Shown piece by piece: positions 1 to 12,464 of a stretch of DNA of 64,000 nucleotides (its first letter is position 1; each line of letters starts with the position of its first letter). The notes beneath the pieces were generated by a model, which saw only the letters and a program-made list of their open reading frames with translations, ran no database searches and was not told where the DNA came from. This DNA is from Mustelus asterias. Lineage: Eukaryota. Made by a program: the position numbers and the translations under genes. The stretch covers positions 806,001 to 870,000 of the forward strand of contig NW_027590121.1 of NCBI RefSeq assembly GCF_964213995.1, written 5' to 3'.

Positions 1-180
1 TGTTAATCCTATCCATGACTGTAATGTGTTAATTGGATTTTTGCTGATAATGAACTCCAGCCAGTTGTGTGGTTTAATATTCTGAATAGAAGTCAAAATA
101 AACCAGCTTTGTGTTTAATACTGTGTTGAATCTTTTTCACATCATCAACATATCTGAATTCCTTTTTGAAGTGCTCTCTC
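1..180 (+). other. 3'UTR of a further plus-strand ZF paralog whose CDS lies upstream of the window
   Basis: Matches the reverse complement of the ZF2 3'UTR (7320-7540) and the ZF7 3'UTR (39625-39800), e.g. tgttaatcctatcca..actgtaat and tttaatattctgaata.aagtcaaa. Confidence 0.75.
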
Positions 181-1027
181 ATGTCGGAATACTTTTAAAC
201 TTTAGGTTGAAATTGCGATTGGGAAATTAGATTAAATGTGTTTATTCCACAATTGCTTCTCTGAAATTCCCCAGAACACCCAACTTCTGCCTTCCCGCAT
301 TGTTGCTGTACGTTCTGTAAAAGGGAAGATGAAACAGAGGAGTCTCAATCTAATCCGCACTCTCATTAATCTGTTCTAGTGTCATTGCATTCTCTCACGT
401 CATTTACATGTTTCCCAATGTTGGAGACCTGCCTTTCAGTGAGCAGAAATATCCCAATCTGGGATTTAATCAATGTGCCCATTAGGAAAATCACTTTATT
501 GTTAAGGGCACGGGTGGGAATGAATTCCCTGGTCTTGTTATTGTCAGGCGGAAGCCCTGGCTTACGAATTGTGTCAGAAAACATTTCACAGATATACAAA
601 ATGAGAATGAACATTGATGGTAACTTGTTCCCAGGGATTGTTTTAAATAGCACAATGGCAACCTTGCGAAATGCATATGTTCTATAAACTGTCCGTTAGG
701 CAGCAAAATACTCTGACCAAACAGACCCTTTGAGCAAAGCGACCTCGAAACGGACAGTCAAGATGGGGAAAGTGCTACACAGTAATTACACGAGCAAGGA
801 AATATCATCAAAGGACTGAGCATGAGTGAACGAAGCATAACTGTATTTTTAGTATAGTTGCAAGTTAAAAACCCAACTGCGGCACAGCTGTTCAGGTTGA
901 GTGTTCTGTTTTGATTTGATATTTCATTTATGATCTTGTGACTCTTTCTGTGGACACGATATAATTGTTTCTGTTTATCGGTGCGGGAGCGCCCTCTGCT
1001 GATCTCTAACCGGAACCCCCAGTCTGG

Positions 1028-1067
1028 GGTTTTTGGGCGGAGTTCGCTGTATTTCTGCACCAGTGTG
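1028..1067 (-). promoter_or_regulatory. V(D)J recombination signal sequence, 23-type (24-nt spacer)
   Basis: Heptamer CACACTG (1067-1061) directly after the V coding end, 24-nt spacer, nonamer CCAAAAACC (1036-1028). Confidence 0.8.
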
Positions 1068-1371
1068 AACTCCATGGCACAGAAATACACGGCGCTGTCA
1101 GGCAGAAGAGCCCTGGCGATTTTTAAAGGAACAGTGTTGTTTCCTTTGTGCAAAGCAGCCGAGAACCTATCTGACAAATCCGGAGACGTATCGGTATTGC
1201 CCGAGCTATGTATCTTCATCAAATATCTCAGAGCTTGCCCGGGATAGTGGATGCACCAGAACACAGTTTGAAAAGCAGCTGTCGAGTATTTACAGTCCAA
1301 CAATATGCTCTGTCCTTCCAGAACGCTTCATTTAGATCGATCTTGAAACACTGAAGCTTCAACATTTATCC
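1068..1371 (-). pseudogene. T-cell receptor alpha/delta-type V gene segment (pseudogene)
   Basis: Acceptor ttgttacag|GG, then GINVEASVFQDRSK*SVLEGQSILLDCKYST..VFWCIHYPGQALRYL..DRFSA..DSAVYFCAME. Canonical V-domain Cys/Trp/YxC are present. In-frame TGA at 1328-1330; WY>WC. Confidence 0.85.
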
Positions 1372-1479
1372 CTGTAACAAAACACAGAAGATATCAAATA
1401 TCTCAGAGCGAAGAGAGCCCATGGAACAGACACTGATCATTCAAACATCGGCTTAATGCTGGAAATTTTCAGTCACATC

Positions 1480-1725
1480 AACACTTCAATGAAGTTAATG
1501 TGAAAATCCCCTAGTCGCCATACTCTGGCGCCTGTTCGGATACACTTAGGGAAACTTTAGCATGGCCAATGCACATTACCAGCACATCTTTCGGACTGCG
1601 GGAGGAAACCGGAGCACCCGGAGGAAACTCACACAGACACAGGGAGAATTTTCAGACTCCACACAGACAGTGACTGAACCCAGGTCCCCAGCGCTGTAAC
1701 GCAGCACGGCTAACCACTGTGCCAC
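1480..1725 (-). mobile_element. HE1/V-SINE (tail type 2)
   Basis: tRNA-like head, V-domain gggtttcctccgggtgctccggtttcctcc, gactaggggattttcac tail. Confidence 0.85.
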
Positions 1726-2754
1726 GATGTCGGATTATTCTTGCAGTACTTTTACTATTGCAATGTAATTTGATGCAGTTGAACGTATGCATGAGAGATA
1801 ATCCCAACTTTATTTTGTTGCTGGCGATTCGCTTTATTCAATTAATAGTGGTTATAAACGCCCATTTTAAACAAGAAGGAGCCACCAAGATTCCGATAAG
1901 ATGCCTAGTCTAAAATAACAACACAAGATGCAAACATGACCCTGGATTCACATTCATTTCCTATATTCTTTAGTTATTTGCATTTAAATCTTTCCATCGT
2001 AATGTTACCCCTTAAGTTCTGGTTATTAACGTTATCAATTATTGCTGCGATAATATAATGAGTAATTGAGTGGACTCGTTGAAATGAGAGAGTGGAAGAA
2101 ATCGGATTGTCTCAACCCTGAACTTTAGGGAAAAGGGGAGAAACAGAAGAACATAGAGCCAGTGTGAAGACAGAGACGGTCAGAAGCAGGACAAAGGGAG
2201 ATAGAGAAACCAAGGCGGAATGACAGAACGAGATACATCGGTCCCAAACAAAAAGAGAACCGGAGAACCCGACAAATACAATCCTTTTAGTACTGGATAT
2301 CAGACAAGTCAGGATTGTGTGCGAGTTGGGGGAGAGAAACTCGGAGGTGATGGCGTTCACATCTACCTGCTACCTTGGTCCTTCTAGGTGGTGGAGGTTG
2401 AGGATTTGGGAGATGCTGTCAAAGTTCTCATTGAGTTCTAGATGTATAAAATCCCTCTCCTTCACCCCGGCCCCTTCTACTTCTCGCTGTCTCCACTCTA
2501 GACCAGGTGTCAGATTTCCTTTCTTGACAGACATCAGCATACCACTTAGGTTTTTATGACAATTCAGCAGCTTTCCTCCATGTCTGTGTGGGTTCAAAGA
2601 CAAATCAAATCAAATCAAAGACAAATTATTTGATTTTTGTCCAGAATATTAGCCTCTATAACTGACCTGAAGTTTATTAACATCAGCAGAATCAGATCCT
2701 AATGGATATAGCTCAGTTCTCAATCTGATTGACAACACAATCCAATCTCTGGAG

Positions 2755-3456
2755 TTAATTGTGAATTTGCTGGTGTCTCAGCAGGTTGGATGTCTGAGTA
2801 AATCCCATCCCACACTCAGAACACGTGAATGGTTTCTTCCCAGTGTGAACTCGCTGGTGTGTCAGCAGGTTGGATGACTGAGTGAATCTCTTCCCACAAT
2901 CATTGCAGATGAACAGTCTCTCCCCAGTGTGAACTCGCTGGTGTCTGAGCAGTGCTGATGATTGAGTGAATCTCTTCCCACACCTAGAGCAAGTGAATGG
3001 TCTCTGTCCAGTGTGAACTCGCTGGTGTGTCAGCAGGGTGGATTGGTGAGTGAATCCCTGCCCACAGTCAGAGCAGGTGAATGGCCTCTCCCCAGTGTGA
3101 ATTTGCTGGTGTGTTAGCAGCGTGGGTGACTGAGTGAATCCCATCCCACACATAGAGCAGGTGAATGGCCTCTGCCCAGTGTGTGTGCGCTGGTGTGTCA
3201 GCAGGGTGGATGACTTAATGAATCCTTTCCCGCAGTCCGAGCAGGTGAACGGCCTCTCCCTGGTGTGACCACGCTGATGAGTTTCCAGCTGGGATGGGTA
3301 ATTGAATCCCTTCCCACAGTCCTCACATTTCCACAGCTTGTCCCCATCATAACTGCATTTATGTTTTGACAGGTCAGATGATCGATTGAATCCCTGACCA
3401 CACACAGAACACGAGTAGGGTTTCTCTCCGCTGTGAACGGTGCTTTTTTCTTCCAT
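2755..3456 (-). CDS. ZF1: C2H2 zinc-finger protein, 233 aa, 7 canonical + 1 degenerate finger
   Basis: Open ORF with TGERPF linkers; splice acceptor tttcacag|g at 3566/3565 upstream of the ATG. Confidence 0.85.
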   Translation of the reverse strand: MEEKSTVHSGEKPYSCSVCGQGFNRSSDLSKHKCSYDGDKLWKCEDCGKGFNYPSQLETHQRGHTRERPFTCSDCGKGFIKSSTLLTHQRTHTGQRPFTCSMCGMGFTQSPTLLTHQQIHTGERPFTCSDCGQGFTHQSTLLTHQRVHTGQRPFTCSRCGKRFTQSSALLRHQRVHTGERLFICNDCGKRFTQSSNLLTHQRVHTGKKPFTCSECGMGFTQTSNLLRHQQIHN

Positions 3457-3754
3457 GTTTAAAATATGGCAATATTCAGGTTACGATAAATTAGCCGACT
3501 GTATCATTCCCTGATGTGATGTTTGGTTTCAGTTTCCCAACTGCAAATCGTCCCCTTCTAAAATCCTGTGAAATTGATTTAAAACAGAAAAAAGGGAGTG
3601 AGAGAGAACCCACAAAAGCACAAAGACAGGTTGTGAAATTGAGCTGAATGAATCTGGTCATTTGTGGGGCCGGCACCAGGAAAAAGTGACCATGAAAACT
3701 GCTGGATTCAATTGATTCACTCATGGTCCTTCAGGGAAAGAAACCTGCCAACTT

Positions 3755-4010
3755 ATCTGGACTCTGCACCCAGGTCCTATCCCCGGAGCCCCACATATCC
3801 TGTTACTTCCCGAACCTACACATCTTGGGGCACTAAGGGGCAATTTATCATGGCCAATCCACCAAGCCTGTACGTCATTGGACTGTGAGAGGAAACAGGA
3901 GCACCCAGATGAAAACCCTCACAGACACGGGGAGACACAGTCACCCGAGGCTCGAGTTGAACCTGGGTCACTGGAGCTGTGAGGCAGCAGTGCTAACCAC
4001 TGTGCTACCC
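3755..4010 (-). mobile_element. HE1/V-SINE, degraded
   Basis: gaggcagcagtgctaaccactgtgc head and V-domain. Confidence 0.75.
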
Positions 4011-4214
4011 TTTTTCAAAGAACTGGAACAATTTTGTGAAATGTCTGGGACTATTTTATTTTGTTAAAGACACAGTATGAATACAAATTATCTTCGCTGC
4101 CCTGATTTTGTTGTTCTGCTCATCAGTAAGAAATTGGAAGTGAAAGAGTGAAGCAGTTTGATGGACAAGATGTTCAAATTCTGTCACTGGGAAGAATTTC
4201 AAAACATTGCCCCT

Positions 4215-4340
4215 CACAAACATGGCGGCTACGCATGCGCCCTACTGTTCCACCTCTTTCTCCAATTCCTCTCCGATCTCCCATCCGCCAAGGAACAGCG
4301 GCCGGGCCGGAGCGGGCAAGAGGTGACACCAGCGAGAGCA
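4215..4340. promoter_or_regulatory. CpG-rich putative promoter for ZF1 (NRF1-like gcatgcgc)
   Basis: Local CpG enrichment; acgcatgcgc at 4231. Confidence 0.5.
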
Positions 4341-4484
4341 GCAGCCGAGAGGGTTACAGCGAACCCTGGTGGACTGGAGGGGAAACAGCAGCAGCACAGT
4401 CTCTGCACGAAGGCTTCCGCAGTTCAGCTGCTCAAAGACTCTGAGAACCTCTTCAAATGTAAACTTCAGCTTCTCACATTCACC

Positions 4485-4605
4485 TATCCATCCCTTCCTC
4501 CATCCATCTCACCATCCCTCCCTCTCTCCATCCATCCCTCTCCCTCCATCCACCCCTCCTTCCATCCATCTCACCATCCCTCCCTCTCTCCATCCATCCT
4601 TCCCG
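4485..4605. repeat. Pyrimidine-rich (ccat/ccct) simple repeat
   Basis: Seen directly. Confidence 0.8.
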
Positions 4606-4891
4606 ACACCAAGAACCATTCACTCTGCACAGCAGTTTCACCCTCATTCCTCCAGTCTGTATTCCAGCCTTCATCACATCCACGCTGCTCCCAGATATTT
4701 TAGACCAATAGATATTACAATTCAAACTTCACAGTCTCTACAATTTAATATTTGTTCAGTAACCTTATAGACAGCAGAGAAATCATCAATTCCAAACCAA
4801 CCCGAGCGAGAGGATATATTTATACATTTTCTCATTTCACAATAAAACCCACGCACTGAGTTTCAAATTTGCTTCTGTCATTATTTTAGTG

Positions 4892-6151
4892 ATGATGTGG
4901 AGATGCCGGTGTTGGACTGGGGTAAACACAGTAAGAAGTCTCACAACACCAGGTTAAAGTCCAACAGGTTTATTTGGTAGCAAAAGCCATTTGCTTTCGG
5001 AGCACTGCCCCTTCATCAGGTGAGTGGGAGTTCTGTTCACAAAGAGGGCATATAAAGACACAAACTCAATTTACAAAATAATGGTTGGAATGCGAGTCTT
5101 TACAGGTAATCAAGTCTTAAAGGTACAGGCAATGTGAGTGGAGAGAGGGTTAAGCACAGGTTAAAGAGATGTGTATTGTCTCCAGCCAGGACAGTTAGCG
5201 AGATTTTACAAGCCCAGGCAAGTCATGGGGGTCACGGATAGTGTGACATGAACCCAAGATCCCAGTTGAGGCCATCCTCATGTGTGCGGAACTTGGCTAT
5301 CAGTCTCTGCTCAGCGACTCTGCACTGCCGTGTGTCTTGAAGGCCACCTTGGAGAACGCTTACCCAAAGATCAGAGGCCGAATGCCCATGACCGCTGAAG
5401 TGCTCCCCAACAGGAACAGAAAACTCTTGCCTGGTGATTGTCAAGCGGTGTTCATTCATCCATTGTTGTAGCGTCTGCATGGTTTCCCCAATGTACCATG
5501 CCTCGGGACATCCTTCCCTGCAGCGTATCAGGTAGACAACGTTGGCCGAGTTGCAAGTGTATGTATCGTGCACCTGGTGGATGGTGTTCTCACGTGAGAT
5601 GATGGCATCCGTGTCGATGATCCGGCACGTTGTGCAGAGGTTGCTGTGGCAGGGTTGTGTGGTGTCGTGGTCACTGTTCTCCTGAAGGCTGGGTAGTTTG
5701 CTGCGGACAATGGTCTGTTTGAGATTGTGCGGTTGTTTGAAGGCAAGAAATGAGGGTGTGCGGATGGCCTTGGCGAGATGTTCGTCTTCATCAATGACAT
5801 GTTGAAGGCTCCGGATACGATGTCGTAGCTTCTCTGCTCCAGAGAAGTACTGGACGATGAAGGGTACTCTTTCCACAATGTCCTGTGTTTGTCTTCTGAG
5901 GAGGTGGGTGCGGTTTTTCGCTGTGGCGCGTCAGAACTGTCGATCGTTGAGTCGAGCACCATATCCTGCTCTTATGAACAGGATTATGTAAATTATGTAA
6001 ATTATTTTGTAAATTGAGTTTGTGTCTTTATATGCCCTGTTTGTGAACAGAACTCCCAGTCACCTGATGAAGGAGCAGTGCTCCGAAAGCTAGTAGCTTG
6101 TGCTACCAAATAAACCTGTTGGACTTTAACCTGGTGTTGTGAGACTTCTCA
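4892..6151 (-). mobile_element. Penelope-like retroelement, 5'-truncated, with GIY-YIG endonuclease and inverted pseudo-LTRs
   Basis: ORF 5232-5876 has NVVYLIRC..YIGET..HF GIY-YIG motifs. 4932-5085 and 6000-6150 are inverted copies. 13-bp TSD cattattttagtg at 4879-4891 and 6152-6164. Confidence 0.9.
6064..6100 (+). ncRNA. Hammerhead ribozyme core in Penelope pLTR (mirror copy on - strand near 4985-5020)
   Basis: CTGATGA-a-GGAGC-agt-GCTCC-GAAA; PLE pLTRs are known to carry hammerheads. Confidence 0.6.
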
Positions 6152-6571
6152 CATTATTTTAGTGCCCAGCAGATTATTTGGACTGAAATTGGTCTCAGCC
6201 TGTCTCTGTGTTGTGAGTGTGTGTGTATTTGTGAAGTCAGAGTGTTTTTTTGTCTGCATGTCTGTGTGTGCGAGTTTGCCTGTGTCTGTCTGAGAGTGCA
6301 TTTCTGTGAATGTGTTTGTCTTCGAGTTCGCCTGTTGCTATTTCTGAGGCAAGTTTCAATTCTCTAAATAGATTTGTCTGCGTTAATATGAAAAAAATAG
6401 GAACAAGAAAAATCCAGCAGCACAATCCTCCAACGTTTCTATGTTTGAAAATTACCCTTCAGTAGCCTGAGGATTCAGTGATCTCCCAGGCAGAGGCCAT
6501 TTACCTCACTTCGCCACTGTGATTGTGTGGAATGAAGGAATCTTGTGTTATTGTCAGTATTTTCATGTCCG

Positions 6572-6641
6572 CCCTCTCTGCTCCATCCGGGAAGATGGCC
6601 AAGCGCACCAAGAAGGTGGGGATCGTGGGGAAAGTTACGGT
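6572..6641 (+). pseudogene. rpl37a: Processed 5' fragment of ribosomal protein L37a
   Basis: ATG at 6595 encodes MAKRTKKVGIVGK, the RPL37A N-terminus, preceded by a pyrimidine-rich UTR. Confidence 0.8.
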
Positions 6642-7558
6642 CAATTGAGCCAGGGTTTTATTCTGGGACCTTCCTGCCCAGAAGTAACATCAGCTGAGAT
6701 TGTAACTTAGCAGCAGAAACCCATCTTCTGTTCTATTCCCCCAATTCCCACAAAATAGTTTTTAGATTTGGGTGAGTTTGTATAAAATTGACAAAGGTGG
6801 AGATTCAAACACTTAACAAGTGAATAAAGGCAAAAGATTCCACAGATTCTGCACAAACAAATTAAACTTTACTACACACAGTGAGAAAGGGAAAACAAGT
6901 TACAATATGTGGAAGGTAAAACATTCAAGGACTTTAGAGAGGAAAGGGAGATGGGATGGTAGTTTACAAGGGCATGTGTCAAAGATATTTTATTGAGAAG
7001 TGGGTGATGATATCGGATTTGAAGGAGAGGAAGATATTGACAATATCAGCTGATATGGAGAAGTTGTGCTGTCAGTAGCTCAGTGGGAATAGGATTGAGG
7101 GATCAAGAGATGGGTCTCATGGGCAAGATGAGCTCTAAGAGGACATGAGGGGAGGCAGGAGAGAAACTGCAGAAAGATGAGAGTTCAGAGCTCAGACAAA
7201 GGGCAGCGTTAGAGGAGGTTTGTTCCAGTGAGTTAGGGGAAGGAGAGAAGCAGTAGAGGCAGCTGATTGGATTGTCTCAAACTTAGTGACAAAGAAGATT
7301 GTGAGTTTTATTCCCAATGAGCACTTGCGGGGAGGTGAAGATGGGAGAGGGACAAAGGGAGAGCAACTCAGAAGGAATTCAGTTGTGCTGATGATATTAA
7401 AAATATTCACAGTACTGAACACAAAGATAATTTATTTGACTTTTATTCAGAATATTAAACCGTATAACTGGCTGGAGTTCATTAACATCAACAAAAACAA
7501 ACGCAATGAACATATTACAGTCCTGGATAGGATTAACAGCAGATTCCAATCACTGTGG

Positions 7559-8512
7559 TTACTGGTGAATTCTTTGGTGTCTAAGCAGGTAGGATGACTG
7601 AGTGAATCTCTTCCCACTCTCAGAGCAGCTGAATGGTCTCTCCCCAGCATGAGCTCGCTTGTGTCTCAGCAGACTGGAGGACTGAATGAATCCCTTCCCA
7701 TATTCAGAGCAGGTGAATGGCCTTTCCCCAGTGTGGGTGCGCTGGTGTAGAATGAGATCATATGATCGCCTGAACCCAGTCCCACAGTGAGAGCACCTGA
7801 ACGGTCTCTCATCAGTGTGAACACGTTGATGGGGCATCAGTTCACCAGAACTTTTATAGCACTTCACACAGTCAGAGCATTTAAAAGGTCTCTCCCCATT
7901 GTGAATACGCTGGTGTATCAATAGTTGGGATGACCGAGTGAATCCTTTTCCACACTCGGAGCAGGTGAATGGCCTCTCCCCAGTGTGAATTCGCTGGTGT
8001 ACAGTAAGGTTATGTGAATGCTGGAACCCAATTCCACAGTGAGAGCACCTGAACGGTCTCTCATCAGTGTGAACACGTTGATGGGACATCAGTCCCCAAG
8101 AACTTTTGAAGCACTTCCCACAGTCTGAGCATTTAAAAGGTCTCTCATCAGTGTGAACACGTTGATGGGACATCAGTTCCCAAGAACTTTTGAAGCACTT
8201 CCCACAGTCTGAGCATTTAAAAGGTCTCTCATCAGTGTGAACTCGCTGATGAGTAAGTAGGTTGGATGACTGAGTGAATCTCTTCCCACACTCAGAGCAG
8301 GTGAACGGTCTCTCCCCAGTGTGACTGCGCCGATGAGTTTCCAGCTGGGATGGGTAATTAAATTCCTTCCCACAGTCCACACATTTCCACAGTTTTTCCA
8401 TGGAGTGGCTGCACTTATGTTTTGCCAGACCAGAGGATCGGCTGAAGCCTCGTCCACACACAGAACCCGTGTACGGTTTCTCTCCACTGTGAACGGTGCT
8501 TTTTCCTTCCAT
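7559..8512 (-). CDS. ZF2: C2H2 zinc-finger protein, 317 aa, 11 fingers (8 canonical)
   Basis: Open ORF; first and last two fingers lack a Cys; internal 84-bp duplication. Confidence 0.8.
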   Translation of the reverse strand: MEGKSTVHSGEKPYTGSVCGRGFSRSSGLAKHKCSHSMEKLWKCVDCGKEFNYPSQLETHRRSHTGERPFTCSECGKRFTQSSNLLTHQRVHTDERPFKCSDCGKCFKSSWELMSHQRVHTDERPFKCSDCGKCFKSSWGLMSHQRVHTDERPFRCSHCGIGFQHSHNLTVHQRIHTGERPFTCSECGKGFTRSSQLLIHQRIHNGERPFKCSDCVKCYKSSGELMPHQRVHTDERPFRCSHCGTGFRRSYDLILHQRTHTGERPFTCSEYGKGFIQSSSLLRHKRAHAGERPFSCSESGKRFTQSSYLLRHQRIHQ

Positions 8513-9039
8513 GTTCAAAATCCACTGATATTCAGTTATGATGGCAGTTCCTGATATGATATTTACTTTCAGTTTCCTGACTGCAAATCGTCCCCTTCTA
8601 GTCCCTGTGAAACTGATTTAAAACAGAAAAAAGGGGATTGAGAGAGAACCTATAGAGACAGATGATGAACAGAGTCCAGACCGAAGCAACAGTAAAAAAA
8701 AACACGCAGGAGGCCAGGAACTGAGTTCTGCATCCAACACGCAGCCTGATTCAAACCGGCTCCTAACTGTGTTTCCAAATTCGAAGCTATAAAACAATAA
8801 CACAGGAAACTCTGTAGAGACTGTATCTGGGACAAAAAGAACAAATCCTCGAGATATTCAACAGGCCAGGCAACCTGTCAGAGTCACAAACAGAATTGAG
8901 GGCTCAGTTTGCTGACTTGCCCTCAGTCTATAATGAAACATCTAGAGTCAGGCATTGACTAATGGCGGTCACATTTCCCACAATGCTCTGCGCCTCAGAA
9001 ATCCCTCCATTCAAAAGTTGTTCACCGTAATTCACTAAT

Positions 9040-9305
9040 CATAGAATCCTTCCAGTGCAGAAAGAGGCCATTTTACCCATCGAGTCTCTGCTGACTCTGA
9101 GAGCATCTTTCCCAGGCTCACCTCCTATCCCAGTAACCCCACGCACTTACTCTGCTAATCCCCATCCTGACCTTTTTCTTCATCCTGCCTGCAACCGCAA
9201 CAATATATTCTGTACCCTTACTGTGCAAACTCCACACAGACAGTCACACACCCACGGCTGGAGTCGAACCCTGGCGCTGTGAGGCAGCAGTGCTAACCGC
9301 TGTGT
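9040..9305 (-). mobile_element. HE1/V-SINE, degraded
   Basis: catagaatc tail and gaggcagcagtgctaacc head. Confidence 0.7.
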
Positions 9306-9943
9306 CACAGTGAAGGGAGTTTGCCGCAAATTTCGGGTGATAACAATGGACTGGATGCTGCTCAGAATGTGGAGCACTGCAGCAAAGTACAGAGAGACAG
9401 AGACAGAGCAGCAGACTGGACTGAGAAATGGAGTCTGCAGACTGGAACTGGCAGCATGAGGAGAGGTTATTTAGTCTAACACTCACAGCAATCTACAACC
9501 CACCCCCATTACCGAGACAGTGAGACAGAGATTACAAACACTCACCAACACAGCTCCACTGAAACGTCCCAGGAAAAAGAGGGAATCTGTGGCAGTTCCT
9601 GTCCTGAAATAGCCCCAGGACTGTCACTCAAACCCCCAACCCGGCCCAGTTCACAGCTCAGCCTCTCAGCTTGCAGCTTCCTGCACCTTGAGCCAACCTT
9701 GCCCAGGTGTGGGAGGGATGTGGAACCCCAGAGTGGGGGGAGGGGTGACCTCCTGCTGTGTCCCAAATAGTTTCTCCTTCCCCTCCCCCTTGGCGCTCTA
9801 AGGTCTGAATGTGCATGTGTTGATGGACATTGCAGAGCCTCACTGAGCTGCGCCTGTACCTTATCCTCGGTCACCCCCTCTCCCTGGGTTCAGTGTGTTC
9901 AGTTCGGTGCTTCTTTCCCTGCTGAGCTGAACCTTCAGTTAAT

Positions 9944-10100
9944 CAAAAACAGAAAGTGCTGGAAAACCTCAGCAGGTCTGACAGCATCTGTGATCATCCA
10001 GACTGGAAGCATTAACTCTATTCTCTCCACAGACGCTGAGATTTCCAGCATTTTCTGTTTCTGTTTCAGATTCCAGCATCTGCAGTATTTTGCTTTTATC
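9944..10100. mobile_element. Short palindromic Penelope-type element
   Basis: aaacagaaa..gctggaaaa.ctcagcaggtctgacagcatctg with an inverted counterpart. Confidence 0.65.
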
Positions 10101-10584
10101 TTCATTTGAACAAACATTCTTTCATGGCCTTTACCCCCATTGCTCCTTTCCAGAGCTTCCCACCTTCTGCTATTGTCCCTGACTCCCACATTAACCCTGT
10201 CATTCCTCCCCTTTACCCCGCTCACCCTGTCTGAAGTCAGGCTCAGAGTTTTCCCGCCATCTCCCCCTCCCCCAGCCTCCACATCCCAACACCCGGAATC
10301 TCTAACCCAGCGGTTCCAGTTTGTCTGGTTTGAGTTCAGATTTGCCGCAGCACCGACAGGATTTCACTTCAAACCAGCCGGAACTGACTGCTCACAAATC
10401 CCTAAATGTTTCTCCAGCAGCCCGGACTTGTTAACGTTGTTTAAAGTCAGCGCCCAAATGCAGTTACTTTCCTCAGTTTAAAAAGCTTCTCCGGTTAATC
10501 CCCCAAGACCCGAGCTGGGGTGTCCTGTGTAAGAGACATCTGTTCCAGATGTGACAATTCTTACACATTCTCTGCTTGACATAA

Positions 10585-11262
10585 AACGGAAAACGCTGGA
10601 AATACTCATGAATGAAAGCAAGTTGTTGCTTTCGTCAAAAGGGTCACCTGGACTCGAAACGTCAGCTCTTTTTGTCTCCTTACAGATGCTGCCAAACCTG
10701 CTGAGATTTTCCAGCGTTTTCTCTTTTGGCTGGAAATACTCAACAAGTCAGGCAGCCTCTGTGGAGAGAGAAACAGACTGAATGTGACCTGTCATCGGAA
10801 CTGGGAAATATATTATTATTTCTCGCAACTGAAAGAGACACTTTACCGCCTTCAGAACAAAACTGAGCTCAACAATTTTACACCACAATCTCTGCCCCCA
10901 TTGTGTTCTGTGTTTCGTTGTTGCTTTTTTCACCTCATTTCCCTCTTGTTTACTTTACATTCAGACTATTGCTCACCAGCTATTCACACCTCATCCAGAA
11001 CATCTTTTGTGTCTTTACTTGTCCCATTACCACTCGCTTTGGTCTTGGGCCGTGAATCATTTTGTCAGTTTGCGGATCTTACATTTTGTTCTTCTCCACC
11101 TCCCTCTCTCAATTCTTCAGAGGTCAGTCTTTGACAAAGTGTCATCTGGACTCGAAACGTCAGCTCTTTTCTCTCCTGACAGATGCTGCCAGACCTGCTG
11201 AGATTTTCCAGCATTTTCTCTTTTGGTTTCAGATTCCAGCATTCACTGTAATTTGCTTTTAT
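10585..11262. mobile_element. Nested Penelope-type short elements / pLTR fragments with decayed hammerhead cores
   Basis: gggtcacctggactcgaaacgtcagctc (~10641) and gtcatctggactcgaaacgtcagctc (~11141). Confidence 0.6.
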
Positions 11263-11707
11263 CCTGATTTTCTTTGTGTGGCTCTGGGGAGCGCATTGGA
11301 CTTGAGACGTTAGGGACAGAGAGAACTAGATTTTTCTCTCTCTCTCAGGGGGTCTTTGGTCTGTGGAATTCTCTTCGCCAGAGAGCAGTGTAGACAGAGT
11401 CATTGAATATTTTTAAGGCTGAATAAATGGATTCCTGATTGACAAGAGAGTCAGAGGATTTGGGGGTGGGGGGAGGGGAGAGGGGACGGGGGGGGGGGGG
11501 GGGCGGAGACAGAAAAATGGAGTTCTGGCCACAATCAGATCAGTCGGGATCTTGTCAAATGCTGCAGCAGAGGGGCCCAATGGTCCACTGCTGCTCCTCA
11601 TTCATATGGATGTTTGGCTGTATGTTTCACTCTGTTTCTGCCTTCATAGAAGCTGCTGGGCCTGTTGACTATTTGTGGCATTGACTGTTTTATTTCAGAT
11701 TTTAAGA

Positions 11708-11875
11708 CTCTGTAACATGTCACTGTGTAATCCAACAATTAATCCAGTTCTCCTGGATTTCTACTCTGTAACATATCACTGTGTAATCCAACAATTAATC
11801 CAGTTCCCCTGGATTTCTGCTCTGTAACATGTCACTGTGTAATCCAACAATTACTCCAGTTCTCCTCGATTACTA
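11708..11875. repeat. 56-bp tandem repeat, 3 copies
   Basis: ctctgtaacatgtcactgtgtaatccaacaatt.. units start at 11708, 11764 and 11820. Confidence 0.9.
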
Positions 11876-12198
11876 CACTGTGGCATAGTGGTTAGCACTG
11901 CTGCCTCACAGCGCCAGGGACCTGGGTTCGATTCAAGTTTTGGGTCACTGTCTGTGTTGAGTTTGCACATTCTCCCCGTGTCTGCATGTGTTTCCTCTGG
12001 GTGCTCCAGTTTCCTCCCACAGTCCAAAGATGGGCGGGTTATGTGGATTGGCCATACTAAATTGCCCCTTAGTTTCAGGGGGAATTAGCTAGGGTAAATG
12101 CATGGCATTAAGGGGGTGGGGCCTGGATAGGATTGTGGTCGGTGCAGACTCAATGGGCCGAATGGCCTCCTTCTGCACTGTTGGATTCTATGATTCTA
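11876..12198 (+). mobile_element. HE1/V-SINE (CR1-type tail)
   Basis: Head, V-domain and ctgcactg..ctatgatt tail. Confidence 0.9.
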
Positions 12199-12464
12199 GT
12201 TAGAAGTCTCACAACACCGGGTTAAAATCCAACAGGTTTATTTGGTATCACGGGCTTTCGGGACGCACGCGCATGCGCGCACGCACGCACCCACACACAC
12301 GGGTTGATGTCAGTCTCAGTCTAATCCAACTGCTGGGCACCAAAATAATAACAGAAGCCAATCTGAAACTCAGTGTGTGTGTTTTATTGTGAAATGAGAT
12401 AATGTATAAATACATCCCCATAGCTCCGGGTGGGAGTGGAATTGATGATTTCTTGACTGTCTGT

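Noticed and set aside
11462-11503. G-run with quadruplex potential
   Set aside because: Expanded homopolymer inside a LINE tail; no evidence of function
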